60,257 nucleotides of DNA from Candidatus Magasanikiibacteriota bacterium (GTDB lineage: Bacteria > Patescibacteriota > Patescibacteriia > Magasanikbacterales > UBA922): contig JAGOTR010000002.1 in NCBI GenBank assembly GCA_018061685.1, positions 1 through 60,257 on the forward strand, written 5' to 3'. Shown here one piece after another: positions 7,443 through 17,137 of the stretch (position 1 is the first letter of the stretch; every line of letters begins with the position of its first letter). Made by a program: the position numbers and the translations under genes. The notes beneath the pieces are model-generated. The model saw only the letters and a program-made list of their open reading frames with translations. It was not told the origin of the DNA and ran no database searches.

Positions 7443-10400
7443 CTAAGATTTCCCTTCCATGAGCAATTCTTCTATTACATCATCAATTAACGTATCTAGA
7501 AACGTTATATTTTTTTCTTCCTGTTTTATATAAGATCCAACCTCTCTTTGGAGTCGCGCTTTGACTCTTTTTTCTACTTCTCCGTAGTGCTCATCAGAAA
7601 TAATCCCTTCCGCACGAGAGGGAATACTTTTTTGCACACCCATCCATACTTCTTGAAAATTTTCTAATTGTTTCTTTGCAGACCTCTCGAGGGGTGATGC
7701 TTCTACCAATCTACGACATCGATCTTTCAAACCATTGAGTCTTCCGTCGGCACTTTCTTTGTCTCGTTTTGTCGCAATACCACGAGCACCCAAAGTGCCA
7801 CTCAAGGTAGTACTGTCTTGTATCAGTGTACTTTTTGCTTCTTTTGCTTTTGGATCGGTTCCGGCAGGCACGGCTTCAACCATGGTACGAACAAGAAGAA
7901 GTCGATCTTGTATGGTGGCAATGATACGTGTTGATTCTACAGAATCAATTGTTTCTTCCTCCACCGATTTTTTTCTTTCAACAGCAGGAGAAGACTTTGT
8001 AGGGGCAGCCAGGGTATCTTTTGATCGCGAACCACCACCAAACGATCCTTTAAACGCCGCTAATTTTTGTGCTAAATCATCCTCTGTTAACGGCTCGGGT
8101 ATAACAGGCTCTTCTGGAGGCATTTCTCTATGTTGACGAAGAGCATCACCATGAGCAGTTTGAAAAGAAGCCAAAGCACTCGCCATGATTCCACTTCCTA
8201 CAGAATCTTTTTGTCCACCAGAAACTGCTGCTTTTATTTGTGCAGCGGAAATAAGACTAGTTGGAAGTGCGTCTCCCGTCCTTATAGAAAAGTCCATCCC
8301 TTCAGAAATTTCCTCCCATGAACGGAACACTATTGGATCAGGAATATCCACATACTCTCCATGCGGACCCCTGGTAGGATCCCATAATAAATGCCTATCC
8401 TTAAGGAGAGCAATTCCATCTTTATTGGCCATATACCTTCCCATAATTTCTCCTTTACCCATGCTCACCCAAGCAACAGACCAATTTGGATCTTCTACTA
8501 AACCAAACAAATCTTGTGAAATTTTTCCAGCACTTGTAGGAAATTCTGATATAGCTCGCAACCCGGTGACAGACCTCACTTCATCCTTATAGCCATGAGA
8601 GCTGGTGCCTCCGAAGCGAAGAGCAACAAGACCAGCATCGCCAGGTAAATAGGGCCGAGTGTATGGCAGACTTCGTGTATCACCTATCAGCTGGTTACCA
8701 AACCCCTCTCCTGGTTTTCTCCCAAATTTTTTTTGTAGTTCTTCTACCGGAATATACAGCACACACCACGGTGCAGGGCTACCTGGCGCCTCCATTGCTT
8801 CTTTTAATCGAGCTGCCTCTGTTGCTTTCTCTGCTCCCATACGTATTTCTGTGGCGTTCTTCTCTGCTAAGGCAGTTTGTATTTGGGCATCGACGCCGGC
8901 AAGAAAGGCGGACATCTTTTTTTCAGCATCGATCACATCTGATAAAGAATCGCTCCCGAGATCAGGATCTTTGCCTTGATAGTGCGGTATGTGTTTTATG
9001 CCAGCACGAATGCAACGTGTTTCTACCCCTTGCATAGCCACACGATGTCTTTTAACACTTGCACCTACCACTTCACGCAACACATCATCGGTTCTTTCTT
9101 CGGCTACTCGCTTTTCTATTTGTTCATGTATCGCTGCTATATTTGTGCTTCGAATGTTTTCATAGGTCTCAAAAAATGCATCTCGCCATTGCTGTGGCTT
9201 CTCTGCATACATATCTAACTCTTCAAATGTCATCCAAGCGGGAACATTCGCCTCTTCTAATAATTTTTCTAAATAGGCTTTTCTTTGTATCAAAAGATTT
9301 GCTTGTATCTGTTCTTTAGGTTCTTCTGTATCGGAAATTGCAAATTTACTTCCACCAGAATAATCTCCCAATGCTCCTGGTCGCTCAATTTTTTTGGCTC
9401 CTGCAATAAGATATTTTTGATTGACTCGGTGCGTCGTTTCAATATTCCCCAAGACCCATCTACCACCAGGCACAGTTATGGTTTCATCATAGCTCTCAAA
9501 TCGAAAAAATGCTTCTCTTGGACTCTGTAAAGAAACAATTTCCGTCATAGCCCTATCTAACTCTTGTCTTTTTTTGCCTTTTTCACCAAACAGAAAATCC
9601 CATCTTTGTTGAGCGGATGATTCGGGTGTGGAAAGTGCTTCTTGTAAAGAATGAATAATTTTTTCTCGTTGTTCGTTTGGAAGAGATTCAAATAATTCTT
9701 TATCTTCGATTCTAGGGACAAGACTCTCGATTGGGTTTAGCGTGGCGATATGAGCAAAAAATACCGGACCGTCTTCTATTTGGACACCTTGTTGTACCAT
9801 TTCTTTTTCCACTCGAATATCTGGTGTTGATTCTTTTTTAAAATGTCGAGATGTATATACGTCTCTCCAGTGAACCGTTCTTTCCCCATACATTGGGTAC
9901 GATAAAATAATATAATCAGAACCAGGATTAGATTGACGAAGTTCTTCTGGCTTACCAAATTCATCAACATGATCATCAGAAGTATACATCGAGTGAAACC
10001 TTTCTTTTTTCTTTTTTACCTCATAGTAGGGCACATTCGCTGCTTCTAATTTTTTTTTATCAACATCTGGGGCAGAACTATATGTAAAATTCCCCCCATC
10101 CATAGGTTGTGGTTTATTCGTGGTATGTAACGTATACTCCGGAACACCCCATACTTCTTTTCCGGTAAGTTTCAATTCCCAAATAGTCTCTGTCGCACAC
10201 TCACGACATTCCACCTCAACAGCAAATTTCTTTCCAGAATGTTCATTTATTTTTTTTACAAAAATCGGTGGCGTCGTCTGCTCTGTTTGACGTGAAGACG
10301 ACAATGTCGCTTGCAAATGCGTACACATCGTACTCTCATGACAAGTCACTTTTCCTTCTACACCAAGAACACTTAAACTCCCCTGCCTTTTATTTGCGTC

Positions 10401-10493
10401 ATACTCAATAAGTGCCGCTGTTTTTGGTGGTTCAAACGTAGTAAATCGAGTTCGTTCTGTTTCAGAAACATGTCCTCTACGAGGGTCTGACAT
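7443..10493 (-). CDS. Large orphan cytoplasmic protein (1016 aa), function unknown
   Basis: Uninterrupted ORF with backbone-like composition. No signal peptide or TM segment. CxxxxxxC ... CxxC near the N-terminus. Only 24 nt downstream of the epimerase gene, so probably co-transcribed. Confidence 0.75.
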   Translation of the reverse strand: MSDPRRGHVSETERTRFTTFEPPKTAALIEYDANKRQGSLSVLGVEGKVTCHESTMCTHLQATLSSSRQTEQTTPPIFVKKINEHSGKKFAVEVECRECATETIWELKLTGKEVWGVPEYTLHTTNKPQPMDGGNFTYSSAPDVDKKKLEAANVPYYEVKKKKERFHSMYTSDDHVDEFGKPEELRQSNPGSDYIILSYPMYGERTVHWRDVYTSRHFKKESTPDIRVEKEMVQQGVQIEDGPVFFAHIATLNPIESLVPRIEDKELFESLPNEQREKIIHSLQEALSTPESSAQQRWDFLFGEKGKKRQELDRAMTEIVSLQSPREAFFRFESYDETITVPGGRWVLGNIETTHRVNQKYLIAGAKKIERPGALGDYSGGSKFAISDTEEPKEQIQANLLIQRKAYLEKLLEEANVPAWMTFEELDMYAEKPQQWRDAFFETYENIRSTNIAAIHEQIEKRVAEERTDDVLREVVGASVKRHRVAMQGVETRCIRAGIKHIPHYQGKDPDLGSDSLSDVIDAEKKMSAFLAGVDAQIQTALAEKNATEIRMGAEKATEAARLKEAMEAPGSPAPWCVLYIPVEELQKKFGRKPGEGFGNQLIGDTRSLPYTRPYLPGDAGLVALRFGGTSSHGYKDEVRSVTGLRAISEFPTSAGKISQDLFGLVEDPNWSVAWVSMGKGEIMGRYMANKDGIALLKDRHLLWDPTRGPHGEYVDIPDPIVFRSWEEISEGMDFSIRTGDALPTSLISAAQIKAAVSGGQKDSVGSGIMASALASFQTAHGDALRQHREMPPEEPVIPEPLTEDDLAQKLAAFKGSFGGGSRSKDTLAAPTKSSPAVERKKSVEEETIDSVESTRIIATIQDRLLLVRTMVEAVPAGTDPKAKEAKSTLIQDSTTLSGTLGARGIATKRDKESADGRLNGLKDRCRRLVEASPLERSAKKQLENFQEVWMGVQKSIPSRAEGIISDEHYGEVEKRVKARLQREVGSYIKQEEKNITFLDTLIDDVIEELLMEGKS

Positions 10494-10517
10494 ATAATAA
10501 AAAATAATTTTTTTTTA

Positions 10518-11429
10518 TTATACCATATCCATTTCTTTTTTGAGAGCGCCGATCCCCTCTTCCAAAGAAATAGTTGGCTCCCAGCCCAACAATTCTTTTG
10601 CTTTTGTTCTATTCGCTCCGGCATATCGTGGGTCCCCTGGTCGTTCTGGCACAAATACTTTTTCTCCACCAATAATGTCGACAATATCTAATACTGTTCT
10701 CGGATTACTATTGCCAATGTTAATGGTTTCCCCTTTTCCTACGGTGTCTTTTGTCATAGCCAATATGTTCGCTCGCACGACGTCGGACACATGAGTATAA
10801 TCTCGGTAATACATACCGTCACCACACACAGTCATAGGTTCGCCATTTTTTACTTGCTTCAAAAATCTTCCAATCACAAGTGCGTAGGCCCCATCAGGGT
10901 CAAAGTATGGACCGTATACATTAAAATAAATTAAGCTTACCGTTTGTACGCCATACAATTCGGCAAACAGTCGGCAATAATGTTCACCCGTTAATTTGTG
11001 TAAGGCGTATGGGCTAATTGGTTTTTTTATTTCACTATCTTCTTGAAGTAATTTTGCTTCATCCGATCCGTAGGTAGATGACGATGAAGAAAATACCACG
11101 CGTTTCACACCATGTTTTTTTGCGGCGAGTAATACTCTGAGTGTGCCATTCACGTTCACATCATGCGTTTCCCATGGGTATTCCACAGAAAAAGTCACGC
11201 GTGGCAATGCCGCCAAGTGAAAGATTCCGTCAATACCAACACATACTTTGTCGAGGTCAGCATCGTTACGAATATCACCCTCAACATAGGTTGCCCCTCC
11301 CTGCAAACGTTCTTCTTTTTTGCCACCTGCATAGTTATCTAACACCACCACCTCATGCCCTTCTGTAAGTAATTGCTTCACGATATTGGTGCCAATGAAT
11401 CCAGCACCGCCTGTGACGAGATATTTCAT
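10518..11429 (-). CDS. NAD-dependent nucleotide-sugar epimerase/dehydratase (extended SDR)
   Basis: TGGAGFIG Rossmann motif at the N-terminus and YxxxK (YALHK) catalytic motif. Substrate not determinable by eye. Confidence 0.85.
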   Translation of the reverse strand: MKYLVTGGAGFIGTNIVKQLLTEGHEVVVLDNYAGGKKEERLQGGATYVEGDIRNDADLDKVCVGIDGIFHLAALPRVTFSVEYPWETHDVNVNGTLRVLLAAKKHGVKRVVFSSSSSTYGSDEAKLLQEDSEIKKPISPYALHKLTGEHYCRLFAELYGVQTVSLIYFNVYGPYFDPDGAYALVIGRFLKQVKNGEPMTVCGDGMYYRDYTHVSDVVRANILAMTKDTVGKGETINIGNSNPRTVLDIVDIIGGEKVFVPERPGDPRYAGANRTKAKELLGWEPTISLEEGIGALKKEMDMV

Positions 11430-11458
11430 AGAAAAAATTAATTGAAGAAAAAATCATT

Positions 11459-12844
11459 TCATTGTTTAGCAGGTAAAAATGTACTACCAACAGCAATAAT
11501 AGCACACCCTGCTTCCTGTAATTCTGCATAGCGATGTTGCAGCATGCGTCTGCCGTCCATAATCAATGGTTTGAACGACTGCGAAAGAATGACGTCTCCG
11601 ACTCCACGAAATTGTGGCCAATCGGTTGAAATAATCACCACATCACAATTTGAAATTGCTTCATGTTCTTGTGAAACATACGCAACGTGCTCTGATTGAG
11701 GAAACAAATTGGCAAAAAATTCTTTTCCGGTTGGGTCATACACGCTGATATGGGCAACGTTTTCTTTCAACAATGTTTCAACGATATTAATGCTCGGAGA
11801 ATTACGAATGTCGTTGGTATCGCGTTTAAAGGCAACCCCCAAGAGTGCGACTCGTTTCCCTTGCCACGAAATATCCGCTTCTGTTTTGGCACGCTGCATA
11901 AATAAAGCAAGTTGTCTTTTATTTGCTGCATACGTTTCGTTTACCATAGCAGGATTTTTACCCGCTTCGGTGAGTTGGTGTGAAAGTGATCGTGCGTCTT
12001 TAATAAAACAACTACCGCCGGCATACAAACTATCATAAAATCCCCAACTACCAATCCGCTCATCGCTGGTTAAAATAGAACGAAGATTTTCATACTGAAT
12101 GCCGTCAAAGGCTTCTGCTGTTCTGCCAATAACATCAAAACACACGGCAACGCGATTGAACAAATAAAAATTTGCCAATAATTTTCCTGCGGCTGCCTCT
12201 TTTGGATTGACTTCAATATAGGTCACGTCTGGCGACGAAACGAATCGTTGATACACGTTTTTCATAATAGCAAAATCTTGTGCCGTCCACGCGCCAATCA
12301 CAATACGATTGGGTTTGAGTGAATCACGCACGGCATTGCCTTCTACCAAAAATTCTGGATTTGATACCACACCATAATTTTTTACCCCAGCAGCATTCAT
12401 AATTGCTGCCGTTTCGTCGACCATTGCAATTGGCACGGTACTTTTGTTGACAATTACTACATACTGCGATTGCGCTCCACCATTTCTTTTTGCAAGTGCG
12501 AGAGATAATTCTTTTGCCGCAGCATTGTAATAGGTTAAATTACTTTCGCCAGTTTCCCCTACTTCTGGCGTTGGTAAGCACATAAAAATGGCGTGTGCTG
12601 AATCAACAAAAGAAATGACTTCTTGGTAATCGGTGGTAAAGCGAATGCGTTCTTTATTGCGAATCAAAAGATCCCCAAGGCCTTTTTCAAACAAGCAAGA
12701 TTCAATAGTGTCTCGGTCAAACGAAGCAAGTTTTTGTATTTTATTTGGGTCAATATCGTAGACAAGCGTAGTGTGACCAGAATCAGCAGAAACGGCAGCA
12801 GAGCAAGCCCCAACGAAACCGGCGCCGATATAGAGAATGTTCAT
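11459..12844 (-). CDS. UDP-glucose/GDP-mannose dehydrogenase family nucleotide-sugar 6-dehydrogenase
   Basis: N-terminal IGAGFVG Rossmann motif, GGSCFxKD catalytic Cys motif, 461 aa. Confidence 0.85.
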   Translation of the reverse strand: MNILYIGAGFVGACSAAVSADSGHTTLVYDIDPNKIQKLASFDRDTIESCLFEKGLGDLLIRNKERIRFTTDYQEVISFVDSAHAIFMCLPTPEVGETGESNLTYYNAAAKELSLALAKRNGGAQSQYVVIVNKSTVPIAMVDETAAIMNAAGVKNYGVVSNPEFLVEGNAVRDSLKPNRIVIGAWTAQDFAIMKNVYQRFVSSPDVTYIEVNPKEAAAGKLLANFYLFNRVAVCFDVIGRTAEAFDGIQYENLRSILTSDERIGSWGFYDSLYAGGSCFIKDARSLSHQLTEAGKNPAMVNETYAANKRQLALFMQRAKTEADISWQGKRVALLGVAFKRDTNDIRNSPSINIVETLLKENVAHISVYDPTGKEFFANLFPQSEHVAYVSQEHEAISNCDVVIISTDWPQFRGVGDVILSQSFKPLIMDGRRMLQHRYAELQEAGCAIIAVGSTFLPAKQ

Positions 12845-12868
12845 ATAAGGAAAGAAAAGAATAGATTC

Positions 12869-12897
12869 ATAGTACCGTAGGCAGGGAGTTTTTTCAA
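12869..12897 (-). promoter_or_regulatory. Putative promoter of the dehydrogenase/epimerase/orphan operon (TTGAAA-N17-TACTAT)
   Basis: Read on the minus strand: -35 at 12892-12897, -10 at 12869-12874. Confidence 0.45.
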
Positions 12898-12907
12898 GCC
12901 ATACGTA

Positions 12908-12935
12908 TTGACAAAGCGAGTATTTTTGTATATAC
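12908..12935 (+). promoter_or_regulatory. Putative divergent promoter driving the first GC-rich CDS (TTGACA ... TGTATATAC)
   Basis: TTGACA at 12908-12913; TG-preceded TATATA/ATATAC at 12927-12935 (spacer 15-16). Confidence 0.4.
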
Positions 12936-12975
12936 CTGCCCTATCCCGCAACCACTGTCGAAAGGACAATATCAT

Positions 12976-13674
12976 ATGCGGACGTTCATTTCTTTCTTTC
13001 TCGCTCTGGCCTTTCCCCTCTTCTCCCTGGCAGAGGTGGAAAAAGTCACTGTGACCGAGGTGCGTCTTTTGCCCAAGGGAGGGGAAACCAACACCCTCCC
13101 CATGATCTTCATCCTGACTTGCAGCGATTGCTCAGGTCACGAAGTGGCAGAAAACGCAGTGAAGCGTGCCAGCGAACGGCTGGCCAAGGGAGTCTCCCTC
13201 CCCGACCGATTTCCGCTTCGAATCGGCTTCACCTACACCATCAATGGTGATACCTTTACCCCCACAGAAAAGGTTCACCGTGTGGTGGTCACGGTGCCGC
13301 CGCCCATGATGCCCAACCCTGACCCATGGCCATTTCGACGCCCTCACTGGGTGTCGCTCACCCTCATAGGGGTGGGAGCCGCGGGCATTACCACAGGCTT
13401 CATACTGGGCAATGAGTCGGTAAAGGCAGACAATGCTGCCTACATGTATGATCGAGGACTCGGCAGCAAAGTGGGGAACCAACTTCGCGCCGACGCCCTG
13501 AACTACGGGACAGGGGCTGGCTGGAGCCATCTTGTGGGGTGGACATTCCTCTTCACGGGCCTCGCACTGTGGCCCATGTTGGATGATCCTCCACTCATCC
13601 AAGTGGGAATACTCGATACGATTGGAAGAGAAGGTGGTGGCTTCACCTTCACGGGGAAGCACAACCTTTTCTGA
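12976..13674 (+). CDS. GC-rich secreted/membrane hypothetical protein (232 aa)
   Basis: AAAGGA SD. Signal peptide MRTFISFFLALAFPLFSLAEV. One internal hydrophobic helix. C-terminal Gly-rich strands ending in F. GC-rich codons unlike the backbone. Confidence 0.7.
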   Translation: MRTFISFFLALAFPLFSLAEVEKVTVTEVRLLPKGGETNTLPMIFILTCSDCSGHEVAENAVKRASERLAKGVSLPDRFPLRIGFTYTINGDTFTPTEKVHRVVVTVPPPMMPNPDPWPFRRPHWVSLTLIGVGAAGITTGFILGNESVKADNAAYMYDRGLGSKVGNQLRADALNYGTGAGWSHLVGWTFLFTGLALWPMLDDPPLIQVGILDTIGREGGGFTFTGKHNLF

Positions 13675-13684
13675 AAAAAAACAA

Positions 13685-13750
13685 AGGCTCCGTCCCCATG
13701 ACGGAGCCTCCCCCCAAAACATTTTTTAAACACTTCTAAAGTGTTTTTTT
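13685..13750 (+). terminator. Two tandem terminator hairpins after the 232-aa CDS
   Basis: AGGCTCCGTC/GACGGAGCCT (13685-13709), then AAACACTT/AAGTGTTT followed by a T-run (13728-13750). Confidence 0.6.
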
Positions 13751-13765
13751 ATATAGAAAGAAAAA

Positions 13766-13794
13766 TTGACAAATTATCAATATTATTGTAGTCT
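13766..13794 (+). promoter_or_regulatory. Putative promoter for the 1024-aa GC-rich CDS (TTGACA-N17-TAGTCT)
   Basis: Lies in a ~340-nt AT-rich spacer. A second extended -10-like ATGCTATACA sits at 13810-13819 inside the palindrome 13801..13825. Confidence 0.4.
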
Positions 13795-14052
13795 CACATG
13801 TTCTATTGTATGCTATACAATAGAATAAAAAGGCTAAAATTAGCAAAAAAATATATTCTCTTTTTTATAGTAATACACGATCTTTACAATAAAGATATAT
13901 TTTTGCTACTACCAAACAGGTTTGGCTTAGAAAAGAGAGATATTTTTTATGTCTTTCTTTTCTAGGCTAAACCTATGTTATTGACCATAATTCTTTGGGC
14001 AAAACATTGTTTTGGTCTAGCAATCGGGGCTCTGCCCCAAAGGAGAAACGCC

Positions 14053-17000
14053 ATGAATTTGCTCAAAGTCACGATGTTTTTTTTCTTGACATGTTTTCTC
14101 AGCTGCCTCGGGGAATTTCCCCCCGAGCCGCCCTGCAGCAGCACCAGCGAGTGCGAGTCGCGGAACCCCGGACTCACCTGCGTCAACGGAGCCTGCGTCG
14201 CCAAGGGCGATGCGGGCATTGAGCCGGGTGACACCGGCGTGGATGATGCGGAGCCCCAGGACGCAGCTCGCCAGAACGACGCTGGGCCCACCGGCGATAC
14301 GGGGCAAGCGACCGACACGGGCGGCGACGCGTCGCCCACGGATGCAATCGTCCATACGGGTGACGCAACCCCCACGGGCGATGCCACGTCGTCGACTGAG
14401 CTGTGCAACGGCTTGGACGATGACACCGATGGCACCATCGACGAAACCCCCATCGAAGCAGGGCAACCCTGCAACGAAGGGATTCCCGATGGCTGCAACG
14501 GAAGCACCGTCTGTGAAGACGGTGCAGTGCAATGCCGAGTAGAAAATGCCAACACCCCCGAGCTCTGCAACGGGGTGGATGACAACTGCAACGGCGCCAT
14601 CGACGAAGGCAACCCCGAAGGGGATGCCGCGTGTGACACCAACGTGCCCGGCATCTGCGCCGAAGGGGAAACCATCTGCGAGGATGGCGTCCTCAACTGC
14701 CTCCAGCTCAATCAAGCTGGAATGGACATCTGCGACGGCATGGACAACGACTGCAACGGCGGCGTGGACGACGACTGCGGCGAGCAGCGCTGCCAACCCG
14801 TAGGTAGCGAGCGACCCTGCTACTCGGGCCGTCAAGGCACCGAAGACGTTGGCCCTTGCCGAGGAGGCCAGCAGCGTTGTGGCAACAACAATTTGTGGGG
14901 ATCTTGCATTGGAGAGGTAACCCCTCTCCGTGCTGATGCCTGCGATGGCGTGGACAACGACTGCGATGGCAGCATGGATGAAGACTTCCGGGCAGGCGAA
15001 GAAATTTGCCTGTTGCCCGGACGAGAGGCATTGTGCCAGGTTGGTCTTCGGGCTTGTGCCGAAGGCCGATTGATTTGTGTAGAAAATCCCGCCCACACCC
15101 CCCAGCCTGAACGCTGCGACGGGGTGGACAACGACTGCGACGGCTTCGTCGATGACGCGGTACAAGCCGTGGTCGACGGGTTCTTTTGCAACGACCCGTG
15201 CGAGGACGGACAAGAGGCGCAGCCAGATTGCCGTAACGGCGAGTGGATGTGCCGATGCCCACCTCCCCTCCCAATCGACGCCGGGATTCCGGTGGAAGAT
15301 GCAGGAGTGGAAGATGCGGCTCCCCCGCCCCCTGACGCAGCAGCCTGCCAGCCTCGGCAGGAAATCTGCGACGGCATGGACAACGACTGCGATGGTCGCA
15401 CCGACGAAGGCTTTGGCAACATCGGCCAGCCCTGTTCGGCAGGCGTTGGTGCCTGCCGTAACGACGGGCAGATCGTCTGCACCGACGACGGCCTCAACAG
15501 CCGATGTTCGGCACAAGCAGGCAGCCCCACGCCCGAGGTCTGCGACGGCGTGGACAATGACTGCAACGGCATCAGTGATGATGGCGTTGAAGAATCGATG
15601 CCGTGCTCCACCGGGCAGCCCGGAATTTGCAATCCGGGTATGACCCGGTGCGGTGGAAACGTCGGGATGCAGTGCATCTCGATTGAAGAAGAGCCACTGG
15701 AAGAACAATGCGACAACCAAGACAACGACTGCGACAGCATCGTTGACGAAGGTGTCCGCAACGCGTGCGGCCAGTGTGGCCCGCCTCCAAGTGAGGTGTG
15801 CAATGGCCGTGACGACAACTGTGATGGTCGCATCGACGAGGGCGTGGTGAACGCCTGCGGCGAATGCGGGGTGCCACCAGCAGAAATTTGCGACAGTGAA
15901 GACAATGACTGTGACGGTCGGACCGACGAAAATCTCATCTGCGACAATTGCAACGCCGGAGAAGAACGCAGCTGCTACAATGCAGATGCAGAAACCGAAG
16001 GCATTGGCGTTTGCCAGGGCGGGATCCAGCGATGTTTGCTGGATCTCGAAAGAGATGAAATCCGCTGGGGAACCTGCGAAGGTATGGTCACCCCCAGCGC
16101 CGAAATCTGCGACGGCCTCGACAACAACTGTGATGGCTCTGTCGACGGCGGCAATCCGGGGGGCGGCATTGACTGCTCTACTGGCCTCGACGGCGTTTGC
16201 GCCGCGGGGAGCACGGAGTGCCGCAATGGTGCGATCGTCTGCTCGCAAATTTACCAAGGCGAAGCAGAAGTTTGTGACGGTTTTGACAACAACTGCAATG
16301 GCACCATCGACGAGGGAAACCCTGGCGGTGGACGTGCTTGCCACGTTGCAGGTCAAATGGGAGCGTGTGCAGATGGCGGCACATCATGCCGTCAGGGGGA
16401 GCTCATCTGCGTGCAGCTGACCAACCCCGAGCAAGAAACATGCAACCAAATTGATGATGACTGTGACGGTACAGTCGATGAAAATCGGGTGTGCGAGCCT
16501 TGTGAGGAAGGCTACACCCTGATTCCATACCTCAACCTTTGTGTCAAAACCACAGAGGTCACGGTAGCAGAATATGAGGCGTGTGCAAATTGTGCAGCAC
16601 CCGCCACTCAGCATGAACAAAACTCCCAGTGCAACGGTGGTGCACCTGATCGGGCAAACCACCCAATCAACTGCGTTTCTTGGACACACGCAAACGCATT
16701 CTGCCAAGAGCAAGGCGGACGCCTTGTAACATTGGCAGAGATGAACCAAATCACGTTTGGAGAACACTTGGAACGCCGCCGCCCCTGGGGAAATGAGGGT
16801 GCTGTGGATTGCAACCAAGTAATCTTCAACGAAGGCGCAGCAGCCAACACACCTGGATGCGGGGCCAACACGACAGCACCTGTGTGCAGTCGTCCGCTGG
16901 GGAATACCCCAGAGGGCATCTGCGACACTGTTGGCAACGCACGCGAATGGACAGCCGATGGCCCTTGCGGTGCACAAAATGGGCACGTTGCAACGGCGTG

Positions 17001-17127
17001 CTCTTGGGTGTCTGGGCAGGGGGAGTGTATTCGTGAAAACGAACACTCATTCCTTTGCGAGGCACAAAATCGTGCCGCTATTGTGCATGGGTTCCGCTGC
17101 GTACAGGAACCTCGGCAAATCGAATAA
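14053..17127 (+). CDS. GC-rich Cys/Asp-rich lipoprotein: 13 CxGxDNDCDG metal-binding-type repeats plus a C-terminal FGE-sulfatase/C-type-lectin-like domain
   Basis: AGGAG SD 6 nt before the ATG at 14053 (ORF-track start 13975 trimmed). Signal with lipobox-like FLSC. 13 copies of C-[DN]-G-x-D-[DN]-[DN]-C-[DN]-G-x-x-D-[ED]. C-terminus has NHPINCVSW, GGRLVTLAEM, GNAREW and HGFRC motifs. Confidence 0.85.
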   Translation: MNLLKVTMFFFLTCFLSCLGEFPPEPPCSSTSECESRNPGLTCVNGACVAKGDAGIEPGDTGVDDAEPQDAARQNDAGPTGDTGQATDTGGDASPTDAIVHTGDATPTGDATSSTELCNGLDDDTDGTIDETPIEAGQPCNEGIPDGCNGSTVCEDGAVQCRVENANTPELCNGVDDNCNGAIDEGNPEGDAACDTNVPGICAEGETICEDGVLNCLQLNQAGMDICDGMDNDCNGGVDDDCGEQRCQPVGSERPCYSGRQGTEDVGPCRGGQQRCGNNNLWGSCIGEVTPLRADACDGVDNDCDGSMDEDFRAGEEICLLPGREALCQVGLRACAEGRLICVENPAHTPQPERCDGVDNDCDGFVDDAVQAVVDGFFCNDPCEDGQEAQPDCRNGEWMCRCPPPLPIDAGIPVEDAGVEDAAPPPPDAAACQPRQEICDGMDNDCDGRTDEGFGNIGQPCSAGVGACRNDGQIVCTDDGLNSRCSAQAGSPTPEVCDGVDNDCNGISDDGVEESMPCSTGQPGICNPGMTRCGGNVGMQCISIEEEPLEEQCDNQDNDCDSIVDEGVRNACGQCGPPPSEVCNGRDDNCDGRIDEGVVNACGECGVPPAEICDSEDNDCDGRTDENLICDNCNAGEERSCYNADAETEGIGVCQGGIQRCLLDLERDEIRWGTCEGMVTPSAEICDGLDNNCDGSVDGGNPGGGIDCSTGLDGVCAAGSTECRNGAIVCSQIYQGEAEVCDGFDNNCNGTIDEGNPGGGRACHVAGQMGACADGGTSCRQGELICVQLTNPEQETCNQIDDDCDGTVDENRVCEPCEEGYTLIPYLNLCVKTTEVTVAEYEACANCAAPATQHEQNSQCNGGAPDRANHPINCVSWTHANAFCQEQGGRLVTLAEMNQITFGEHLERRRPWGNEGAVDCNQVIFNEGAAANTPGCGANTTAPVCSRPLGNTPEGICDTVGNAREWTADGPCGAQNGHVATACSWVSGQGECIRENEHSFLCEAQNRAAIVHGFRCVQEPRQIE

Positions 17128-17137
17128 CCCACCAAAC

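Noticed and set aside
14017-16356. 779-aa ORF antisense to the 1024-aa GC-rich CDS, plus other overlapping ORFs in 13962-17432
   Set aside because: GC-rich DNA lacks stop codons in several frames. The antisense product is low-complexity (Ala/Val/Arg/Gly-rich), has no SD or promoter, and mirrors a sense-strand protein that has clear repeats, a signal peptide and an AGGAG SD.
16930-17127. Diversity-generating retroelement target (variable region at the C-terminus of the FGE-sulfatase/CLec-like domain)
   Set aside because: No reverse transcriptase ORF is present, and I could find no second copy (template repeat) of this segment anywhere in the 60 kb. It remains worth a genome-wide check but is unsupported here.
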